From NCBI GenBank assembly GCA_903908285.1, contig CAIVRH010000007.1, forward strand, positions 9,398-73,397: a DNA stretch of 64,000 nucleotides. The letters are read 5' to 3'. The position numbers were made by a program, and so were the translations under genes. Each line of letters opens with the position of its first letter. Position 1 is the stretch's first letter. The stretch is from an uncultured candidate division Zixibacteria bacterium (GTDB lineage Bacteria > Zixibacteria > MSB-5A5 > SM1-73). Below, piece by piece: positions 56,378 through 64,000 of this stretch. The notes beneath the pieces are model-generated. The model had not been told where the DNA came from, did not search any database, and saw nothing but the letters and a program-made list of their open reading frames with translations.

Positions 56378-57037
56378 ATGAAGAGAATATTTCTGCTTGT
56401 AACCCTACTGGTTTTGTTTTCAATTACTTCTGTATCTGCCCAGTTCTTGGGTCAACTTTCTGCGGCTCCAACTGTGGAAAAGGGAAGCGGTCTGTTAGGG
56501 GCATATTTAGGGGTTTACGATAATGCTTTTTCCGTATTCGGACAGTTTCGTTACGGTGTTATGACCTATGTTGACCTGGGGTTGAAGATGGGCATGATCA
56601 ATTTCGATCCGGGATACGGGGAAAGCAACAGCGGTTTGACTATCGGTGGAGATATCAAATACTGGTTCATGGAAAAAAATTCCGGGGACCCGCTGGATAT
56701 CTCTTTTGGAATAGGGACAGAATATCTCGGTATTTCCGATTTTAGCATTTTCTCCTTAGGGGGAAATATTATTGCATCTTATCCCATCGATTATAACGAA
56801 GCCAAAAGGGTCTCCCCGTACGGTCGTTTGAACGTGCGCTGGGAAAGAGCGAATTTCGACAAGCCCAGGAGTGAATTCGGAGGACAGGCAAGTGGTGGCT
56901 CAAGCGATAGCGATATGGATGTGGCTTTAGCCATTGGAGCGGACTTAAAACTCAATCCAACTCTGAATCTGATCGGTGAGTTGGAAATTGATGACAACGT
57001 GGGCTTTGTGGCGGGGGTTAATTGGTTCGTTTTTTGA
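56378..57037 (+). CDS. Outer-membrane beta-barrel protein
   Basis: Signal peptide, C-terminal Phe, beta pattern; ATG follows GGAGG. Confidence 0.8.
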   Translation: MKRIFLLVTLLVLFSITSVSAQFLGQLSAAPTVEKGSGLLGAYLGVYDNAFSVFGQFRYGVMTYVDLGLKMGMINFDPGYGESNSGLTIGGDIKYWFMEKNSGDPLDISFGIGTEYLGISDFSIFSLGGNIIASYPIDYNEAKRVSPYGRLNVRWERANFDKPRSEFGGQASGGSSDSDMDVALAIGADLKLNPTLNLIGELEIDDNVGFVAGVNWFVF

Positions 57038-57064
57038 CATCAAGCGAATTTAAGAAACTTAAAC

Positions 57065-57092
57065 AAGCTCTGGATCGCCAGAGCTTTTTTTT
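57065..57092 (+). terminator. Intrinsic terminator
   Basis: AAGCTCTGG-atcg-CCAGAGCTT followed by a T run. Confidence 0.75.
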
Positions 57093-57107
57093 GAGAATAG
57101 ACCATCT

Positions 57108-57920
57108 ATGAGCCTGCTTCAAGCCATTATTTTGGGGGTGGTTCAGGGTCTGACCGAATTTCTCCCGGTATCCAGTTCCGGGCATTTAGTCCTGGGTGAA
57201 TTCCTACTCAAGATCAAGTTAAACGACATCAGCTTTGAGGTTTTTCTTCATTTCGGGACTTTACTTGCTGTCATAGTTTATTTTAGACAAACCATCCGGG
57301 CTATGTTCAAAGCCGTCTGGTCAAAAATAAAAATCCCGGGGATAAAAAACAATTCGGTATCCGGTGAAAAAGATTGGCTCCTATTTTGGATGATCATAAT
57401 CGGTTCCATCCCTGCCGGTATATTGGGGGTGTTATTCAAAGATCTCATAGAAGAGAGTTTCTCTTCAGTGATCTTTGTGTCGTTTATGCTTCTGTTTACC
57501 GGCCTGGTCTTGTTCTTGACAAGATTCTTCCATGCCGCTAAAGAAAAGTTGAGCTTTTTGGATGCTCTAATAGTAGGATTTGCTCAAGCCATTGCCATAC
57601 TTCCCGGTGTATCACGTTCCGGACTCACCATCAGCACCGGAATTTTCAGAAGAGTGGAACCGGGAAAAGCAGCGGAGTTTTCTTTTCTGCTGTCTCTCCC
57701 CGCCGTGTTGGGGGCATCGATTTTGAAATTGAAAGACGTTTTAAACCATAGTGATGCCGGTCTGGATCTGAAGATTTACCTGTTTGGTGCGTTTACCGCC
57801 TTTGTGGTGGGTTATTTAGCCATCAAATTTCTTTTGAAGATAATCAAAAAGGGTAAGTTCCAATATTTCGGTTATTATTGTTTTGCGGTAGGATTTCTCT
57901 TTTTGATTTTCAACCTTTAA
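57108..57920 (+). CDS. uppP: Undecaprenyl-diphosphate phosphatase
   Basis: QGLTEFLPVSSSGH, PGVSRSG. Confidence 0.96.
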   Translation: MSLLQAIILGVVQGLTEFLPVSSSGHLVLGEFLLKIKLNDISFEVFLHFGTLLAVIVYFRQTIRAMFKAVWSKIKIPGIKNNSVSGEKDWLLFWMIIIGSIPAGILGVLFKDLIEESFSSVIFVSFMLLFTGLVLFLTRFFHAAKEKLSFLDALIVGFAQAIAILPGVSRSGLTISTGIFRRVEPGKAAEFSFLLSLPAVLGASILKLKDVLNHSDAGLDLKIYLFGAFTAFVVGYLAIKFLLKIIKKGKFQYFGYYCFAVGFLFLIFNL

Positions 57921-58120
57921 TTCCTTTCATCGGAAACAAACCCGTAAGCTATGTGGTTAAGACACACTTCTACGGGATTTTTGAAAAATACATTATTCGG
58001 TGCGGGATAAATTCTTTCCCCTATGGGAGACCATAGTTTTATCTCATAGAGCAGGGCATTTAGCCCCGTTCTAAGAGTCTTTATACATGTTCTGTTTTTG
58101 TATCCCTCTTCTCCTCTAAT

Positions 58121-59185
58121 ATGCAAAGAAAATTAGATAAGATTCTGATCATCCGGTTAAGCTCATTGGGAGATATTGTTCTAACCACACCAGTGGTGGA
58201 GACACTGAAGAAAAATTTCCCTCAGTCCCGAATTTATTTTCTGACCAAAACCCAATATGGTGATCTGCTGGTTAATGATCCTGGTATTGCCGGTTTGATA
58301 GAATTCGATCCGAAAGGAAAGCATAAGGGTATTGGGGGCTTCAAAAGACTAATGCTTGAATTAAGATCATACCAATTTGATCTGTTGATTGATCTGCATT
58401 CCAATCTGCGAAGTTACTTCATACGTCATCTTACCGAATCCAAAATCAAAATAAAATACAACAAGCGATGGTTTTCCCGCTGGTGCATGATTTATTTGAA
58501 GTTCCTGAAAACCAAACCTATTCAAACGGTAGATTCTTATCTGGATGTTTTAAAAAAGATACAGATAGATGCGGGTAATAGATCTCCGGTACTCTTCCTA
58601 AGTCAAGTTGATATCGAATTTGCAGATAAATTTCTACTTGATGCAAAGCTCAAAAAAGATGATATTGTAATAGGAGTGCATCCGGGAGCAAAATGGGAGA
58701 CCAAAAGATGGGATGAAGGGAAATTTGAGCAGGTTTGTAAGGCTCTGATTCGGAAGCTTGATTGTAAAATCATGTTGTGTGGAGATTCAAAAGATGAAGG
58801 GTTAATTCAAAAGATAAGTCAAAATTTACCAGATTCAAGGGTGATCAAAGCCATAGGATTGCCTTTAGGCAAGTTAATGGGTCTGAGCAATCGATGTGAT
58901 GGTCTGATCACCAATGATTCCGGTCCCATGCACATGGCGCAAGCTTTGTCGGTGCCGGTGGTGGCAATATTCGGTCCTACCCATCCCCGGTTGGGTTTTG
59001 CCCCCATTGGTCATCGGAATGTGGTTTTTTGTGCCAATGTTGAGTGCAGTCCCTGCAGTTTGCATGGTGAAAGAAAGTGCCACAAGAAGACTAAGTTATG
59101 CATGGATTTGATTGGGCCGGATATGGTGGTTGAGGCGGTGGAAGGTTTGCTTAAAGAGAGGAATTCGATTCGGAAGGAAACTTAA
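58121..59185 (+). CDS. LPS heptosyltransferase (GT9, WaaF-like)
   Basis: RLSSLGDIVL, HPGAKWETKRW, NDSGPMH, FGPT. Confidence 0.9.
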   Translation: MQRKLDKILIIRLSSLGDIVLTTPVVETLKKNFPQSRIYFLTKTQYGDLLVNDPGIAGLIEFDPKGKHKGIGGFKRLMLELRSYQFDLLIDLHSNLRSYFIRHLTESKIKIKYNKRWFSRWCMIYLKFLKTKPIQTVDSYLDVLKKIQIDAGNRSPVLFLSQVDIEFADKFLLDAKLKKDDIVIGVHPGAKWETKRWDEGKFEQVCKALIRKLDCKIMLCGDSKDEGLIQKISQNLPDSRVIKAIGLPLGKLMGLSNRCDGLITNDSGPMHMAQALSVPVVAIFGPTHPRLGFAPIGHRNVVFCANVECSPCSLHGERKCHKKTKLCMDLIGPDMVVEAVEGLLKERNSIRKET

Positions 59186-61126
59186 TTGTTAAAAGCAATC
59201 ATATTTACTATAATCTTTTCTTGTCTATCTGCGAATGCGTTTTCTCAAACCCAAGACTCCTCTTATGTAGCGACTCCGGATTCGATAAAAAAAGATACCA
59301 CATCAAAAGAGGAAATCGAGATCATCTCCAGAGAAGAACTGCTAAACGATCATTTTAAACAGAAAGTGTTTTGCAGCTTTCCCTTGACAGACAAGATCAC
59401 TTCTGATGATATTGACAATTCGCTGGCAGAAAATGTAGGAGACTTACTAAGGATGAGAAGTTTTTTTGAAGTGATAAGTGTAGGGTCTTGGGGACAACCG
59501 GAAAACCTCTATATGAGCGGTAACGGAAGAGGGGTTAACATTTTCATAGACGGGAATAAATATTCACAACAAGACCTTAATTTCCCCCAGAAGGGAGATA
59601 TGGATTTGAATACCATTCCCCTGTCTAGCATATCCGGAGTCGAATTCCTGCCTGGAGGATTAACCAACCTTGGGGGAGGGGGAGCCGGAGCAGTGGGAGT
59701 TAATATCACCACCAAGGATTTCTATAGTCCTAAGCCTTATTCCAGATTAACCGACGACCGGGGACCCTATGGATTCAGGAGAACCCAGGTAGAATTGGGA
59801 AGAAGAATCACCTCCCGGGGAAAGTTCTATCTCACCGGGGATTTTAATAAATCGGATGGATATCTGGTGAATAGTGATTGTGATGGTTTGTCCCTATCCG
59901 GGAAAACCACTTTTGCCATTGCCCAGAGAATGGACTATATATTTTCTGCTTATCAATATAAAACTAAGATGGGTCTCCCTCTGTTTGAGGATGCAAACTT
60001 CCACGATACTCGAAAAGCGGTAAATAACTGGGGAATAAGTAATACGGTTTCTTTTCTGCAAGACATCCATACTTTTATGAACATAAACTTGCAATATGAG
60101 AAACAGAACCAGGAGATTAAAAGTAAAGCCTACAACCTAGAAACTAAGAAGATAGAAGAGACAATAAGCCTGAAAGCTACTCAGACATTTATGAGAGGGA
60201 GGAGTGACATCAGATTCGAAGAGTGTCTTGAGAGAAGGAAGTTTGAAGAATTGAAATCCAATCAAGCCATCCTTGGTGGCTATCTTTCGGCAGCGTATCT
60301 ATACATGTTAAACCCAACCACATTATTGCTCTTGTCTTCCAAACTAAACCAAGAGGAAGGAGTGGACGCAGGGATTTCAACAGGGGTAGGGTTATCCTAC
60401 TCAATATCCAAGAACTTAAGCTTGTTTGGAGCTGTGGAAAGATCGGTTGGTTTTCCTACGCTTATGGATCGATTCTGGCTTCCCTTTTCCGCCAGCTTCA
60501 AAGATTCTATCACCGATTATATAGAACAAGGGGATAGGAACCTAAAATCGCAAAAGTCTTACTCCGGAGATTTTGGAGCGAAGATGCAAAGAGGAAATTA
60601 TATAGTGAGTGCTTATATATTTGGGTCAAAATTTGACGATTTCATCTTCTGGTCAAATGTCGATACCACTATCTATTATGGTCATTATAAACCAATAAAC
60701 TCCCAAGGCAGAATTTGGGGCGCTAATTTGGATTTGAGCGGTAAGTTCTTCGAGTATTTAACCTCCTACATCTCATACAGCTTTAAGCGGGGAGAGAATA
60801 GTAATAGAAAAACCCGGTTGCCCTATTCACCGGATCATAACCTTTTTGGTTATATCCAGTTCGAAAACGAGTATCTGAAAAGGGAAATAGGTCTAAAATT
60901 GAGGTTGGAGACGAATGTAATATCCGAGCGGTTTTTGGATGAGTATGAAAAGGATAAAGAGCCGACTGCAGCAATATTGAACGGCAAAGCATACATAAAA
61001 TTTTTGGATTTTCATTTCTATTGTGCGGTTCGAAATATCACCAATCAAGTTTATCGACTAGCGGGTGATTATAACATGCCCCAAAGAACTTATTGGTGGG
61101 GATTTTATTGGGAATTCTTCGATTAG
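59186..61126 (+). CDS. TonB-dependent receptor-like outer-membrane protein
   Basis: Signal peptide, plug-like region (IFIDG, DLNTIP, VEFLPG), NITNQVY, aromatic C-terminus. Confidence 0.8.
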   Translation: MLKAIIFTIIFSCLSANAFSQTQDSSYVATPDSIKKDTTSKEEIEIISREELLNDHFKQKVFCSFPLTDKITSDDIDNSLAENVGDLLRMRSFFEVISVGSWGQPENLYMSGNGRGVNIFIDGNKYSQQDLNFPQKGDMDLNTIPLSSISGVEFLPGGLTNLGGGGAGAVGVNITTKDFYSPKPYSRLTDDRGPYGFRRTQVELGRRITSRGKFYLTGDFNKSDGYLVNSDCDGLSLSGKTTFAIAQRMDYIFSAYQYKTKMGLPLFEDANFHDTRKAVNNWGISNTVSFLQDIHTFMNINLQYEKQNQEIKSKAYNLETKKIEETISLKATQTFMRGRSDIRFEECLERRKFEELKSNQAILGGYLSAAYLYMLNPTTLLLLSSKLNQEEGVDAGISTGVGLSYSISKNLSLFGAVERSVGFPTLMDRFWLPFSASFKDSITDYIEQGDRNLKSQKSYSGDFGAKMQRGNYIVSAYIFGSKFDDFIFWSNVDTTIYYGHYKPINSQGRIWGANLDLSGKFFEYLTSYISYSFKRGENSNRKTRLPYSPDHNLFGYIQFENEYLKREIGLKLRLETNVISERFLDEYEKDKEPTAAILNGKAYIKFLDFHFYCAVRNITNQVYRLAGDYNMPQRTYWWGFYWEFFD

Positions 61127-61250
61127 GGTGAAAGGTGTAAGGTGGAAGGTTACAGTTCTTGGATCACCAGTATAATACTTTCTAAGTTGTCAACACATAG
61201 TCAAGTTTATATGGGATTATTGAAAATGCCATTTTCTAAAAGAGGTTAGA

Positions 61251-61314
61251 CGTAGGGACAGGGTTTATCCCTGTCCTAACTTTGTGACGGACAGCCACAG
61301 GGGCTGTCCCTACG
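61251..61314. repeat. Inverted pair of GTAG-type REP-like hairpins
   Basis: CGTAGGGACAGGG-tttat-CCCTGTCCT ... GGACAGCC-acagg-GGCTGTCCCTACG. Confidence 0.7.
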
Positions 61315-61368
61315 GAATTCCTTAATTTCTCAAACATGGCATAAATATATAGAAGTGAGGAGATAAAC

Positions 61369-61914
61369 ATGACCAGAGACGAAGCATTGGTTTTGGTTCA
61401 ATCGAAGGTAAAAGGCAAAAATCTCATCAAGCACATGCTGGCGGTAGAAGCGATCATGAAAAGAGTAGCACAGCATTTCGACGAGGACGTTGAAATGTGG
61501 GGATTGACCGGGATTTTGCATGATTTGGATTATGACGAAACCGTTAATAATTTCGACCAGCATTCCCTTTTAACCTGCGAATGGCTGAAGGAGTATAATC
61601 TGGACGAGCAGATACTCTATGCCATAAAATCCCATCCCAAAAAGGTGGAACCGAAATCCCGGATGGACTGGACCCTGTTCGCAGCAGATCCGCTGAGTGG
61701 TTTGATCGTAGCTGCCACCTTGATGCATCCCACCAAAAAGCTGAAAGACGTTACGGTGGAATTCGTTTTAAACAGGTTCAAGGAAAAAAGGTTCGCTGCC
61801 GGAGCCAACCGGGAGGATATAAAAAGCTGCGAGAACATCGGGCTTTCTTTGGAGCAATTTATCGGTCTGGCTTTGGAGGGGATGCAGAGCATCGATGAAG
61901 AATTAGGGTTATAA
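61369..61914 (+). CDS. HD-domain metal-dependent phosphohydrolase
   Basis: KHMLAVE, LHDLDY, KSH, AAD. Confidence 0.9.
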   Translation: MTRDEALVLVQSKVKGKNLIKHMLAVEAIMKRVAQHFDEDVEMWGLTGILHDLDYDETVNNFDQHSLLTCEWLKEYNLDEQILYAIKSHPKKVEPKSRMDWTLFAADPLSGLIVAATLMHPTKKLKDVTVEFVLNRFKEKRFAAGANREDIKSCENIGLSLEQFIGLALEGMQSIDEELGL

Positions 61915-61969
61915 CATAAGCTTTGAATCCTTAGTTTATTTAAGTACGATTTACCCGGAAGCCAAAATC

Positions 61970-62368
61970 ATGTCAAGAGTTGCATTTTTGTTTTTGGGTT
62001 TTATTCTACCCTTAATATGCTTTTCCCTTTTAACGGAGCTATGTTGGAGCCAAGATTGCGGTGTGTCTGTCGCTTTTCATCCATCACAACCGGATACCAC
62101 AAAAATCCAGGACAAATGGTTGGCCTGGGACAAAGCAGAGCATCTGGGAGTCAGCGCTCTATTCTCCGGAACGCTGTACAGTGTTTTTCATGATTTCTAT
62201 AATAATGACCGGAAATCTTCCATATATCTTTCGTCTTCGCTCACATTCAGCCTGGGATTAGGCAAGGAATTTTACGACCGCAGGACCCCCCGGAATAAAT
62301 TCAGTTACAAAGACCTGGTAGCGGATATTTTAGGCATCGGGATTGGATTATTGATAGCCACAAGATAA
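61970..62368 (+). CDS. YfiM/DUF2279-like protein
   Basis: DKW...DKAEH, GKEFYD, FSYKDLVAD. Confidence 0.75.
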   Translation: MSRVAFLFLGFILPLICFSLLTELCWSQDCGVSVAFHPSQPDTTKIQDKWLAWDKAEHLGVSALFSGTLYSVFHDFYNNDRKSSIYLSSSLTFSLGLGKEFYDRRTPRNKFSYKDLVADILGIGIGLLIATR

Positions 62369-62516
62369 AACATAAGAGTATAGACTTCTGGAGAACTGTG
62401 AATTAAGCCCACATCGGGCGGGCATGGGTGCCCCCAGACGGGAGCGTCCGCTCGCCCTACGAATTACAAGAGACGATATCGTAACTCTACCTTCTGATTA
62501 GGGGATATTTTGTTGC

Positions 62517-63875
62517 ATGAACAATTCAACTTCTACGGATAAGCGTGCGGTTGCTGGTTGGGCGATTTACGATTTCGCCGACACCATCTTCTCCATGAAC
62601 ATTGTCACCATGTATTTCGCTCAATGGGTGGTGGTAGATAACAAAATGGAGGATATATATTACAGCATCAGCTATGCGGTTTCCATGCTTTTAGTGGCCT
62701 TCACCATACCGGCTTTGGGGGCGATTTCCGATGTGAAGGGGAAAAGACTCCCCTTTCTTTTTGTCCTAACCTCTGGTTGTATACTTTCGACTTTCTTTTT
62801 GGGGATTACCGGTAATGCCATTGATAATATCGCTACGAAAGTCCTGGTGGGTTTGATTCTTTTTGCCATTGCCAATTACTGTTATGAGGGAGGTTTGACA
62901 TTTTATAATGCATTACTTCCGGAGATTAGCACACCGGAAACCATCGGAAAGGTTTCCGGCTGGGGAGTAGCTTTGGGATATGTGGGGGCGATTTTCGGCT
63001 TACTTTTGGTCAAGCCTTTTGTAGACGGGCACCTGTTTGGTTTTAAACTGCCTTTAACCCAGGGTGGAAGACAGGATGCGTTTATACCCACTGCAATATT
63101 CTTTCTGCTGTTCAGTCTGCCGATATTTATTTGGGTCAAGGAGAGAGTTCAGACCAATCCGGTAAAAATCAAGATAAAGGAGGCATTCCGACGGGTGTGG
63201 GAAGGGATTTCCGACACCCAAAAGTACCCCGGAGTCTTAAGGTTTCTTATCGCCAATTATTTTATTTCCGATGCCATCGCCACGGTGATCATTTTCATGG
63301 CAGTTTATGCCCAGAGGGTAGTGGGATTCCCGGATTCGGTAAAATTGTGGTTTTTCATCGTCGCCACCACCTTTGCGGTTATTGGCTCATTCCTCTGCGG
63401 TTACGTTACAGATTGGATCGGACCCAAAAAGACTTTGATATATGTGGTGTGGGGATGGATACTTAGTTTGTGTGCAGTCATGTTCAGTGCCAATTCAACT
63501 GTTTTTTGGATTGCTGGTCCATTTATCGGGATCTGCCTTGGCTCCACCTGGACCGCATCCCGTCCGCTTTTAACCGGCTTGGTACCAAAAGAGACCTTGG
63601 GTCAATTTTTCGGCTTGTACTCTCTCTCGGGGAAAGTGGCAGCAGTAATAGGACCACTGCTTTGGGGTTTGGCGGTTTTGTACTTTAAGGCAGATAATCC
63701 TATAGTCCAAAAATTGATTTTGCTTTTCAGTAATTTTGGATTAACTTTCTCCAACCGGGTGATGGCAACTATTCAATATCGTTTCGCCATTGCCATCCTG
63801 GTTTTAATGATGATTTTAGGTCTGGTCATTTTATTGAAAGTACCGGATCGGTTTAAAGAAAAGGTTTTATCATAA
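62517..63875 (+). CDS. MFS transporter (UMF1/Atg22-like)
   Basis: WAIYDFA, FYNALLP, GKVSGWG, FFGLY, GP; about 12 TMs. Confidence 0.9.
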   Translation: MNNSTSTDKRAVAGWAIYDFADTIFSMNIVTMYFAQWVVVDNKMEDIYYSISYAVSMLLVAFTIPALGAISDVKGKRLPFLFVLTSGCILSTFFLGITGNAIDNIATKVLVGLILFAIANYCYEGGLTFYNALLPEISTPETIGKVSGWGVALGYVGAIFGLLLVKPFVDGHLFGFKLPLTQGGRQDAFIPTAIFFLLFSLPIFIWVKERVQTNPVKIKIKEAFRRVWEGISDTQKYPGVLRFLIANYFISDAIATVIIFMAVYAQRVVGFPDSVKLWFFIVATTFAVIGSFLCGYVTDWIGPKKTLIYVVWGWILSLCAVMFSANSTVFWIAGPFIGICLGSTWTASRPLLTGLVPKETLGQFFGLYSLSGKVAAVIGPLLWGLAVLYFKADNPIVQKLILLFSNFGLTFSNRVMATIQYRFAIAILVLMMILGLVILLKVPDRFKEKVLS

Positions 63876-64000
63876 AACATTGATAAAATAACGATAAAAA
63901 AGAAACTGGAGTGCAATCCTTTAGGTTCATGAAAAGATGACGCTTGGGCTTTAAACTCTAGAAGATTTGCTTCCCTTAAAGGAGGAATGTTGTCAGACTG

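Noticed and set aside
22705-63688. Numerous antisense or alternate-frame ORFs in the ORF track
   Set aside because: They are shadows of well-supported genes and have no independent motifs.

Overview
Two very different halves. Positions ~1-22,280 look like the right-hand part of an integrated accessory region that ends at the 3' end of a tRNA-Gly(GCC) gene. It holds phage-like small ORFs, a ~1.2 kb mosaic of palindromic repeats, kinase and IS481-like remnants, a ~17 kb co-directional gas vesicle cluster, a 3D-domain gene and a truncated tyrosine integrase. The gas vesicle cluster (gvpA, C-like, N, V-like, three F/L plus a remnant, G, O, J, K, M/S-like) is interleaved with a protein-handling set: Cdc48/p97-type AAA+, a tandem Get3/ArsA-type ATPase, three Hsp20s, a stand-alone DnaJ-type zinc finger, a GvpF/L carrying a J-domain, and a possible TraB/Tiki-fold protein. 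From ~22,280 onward the window reads as core chromosome of a diderm, probably anaerobic bacterium: tRNAs, beta-CASP nuclease, twin membrane-TPR paralogs, ptb-ilvE-ptb, rpiB-glyA, ccmABCD, lepB, LPS genes, rel, uppP, a TonB-dependent receptor and an MFS transporter. This half also has a compact DsrC(CX10C)/DsrM-like/DsrK-like operon convergent with a cysteine desulfurase-like gene, with no dsrAB in view. An FCB-type lineage such as Zixibacteria is my guess only. All calls come from reading motifs by eye; no searches were run.
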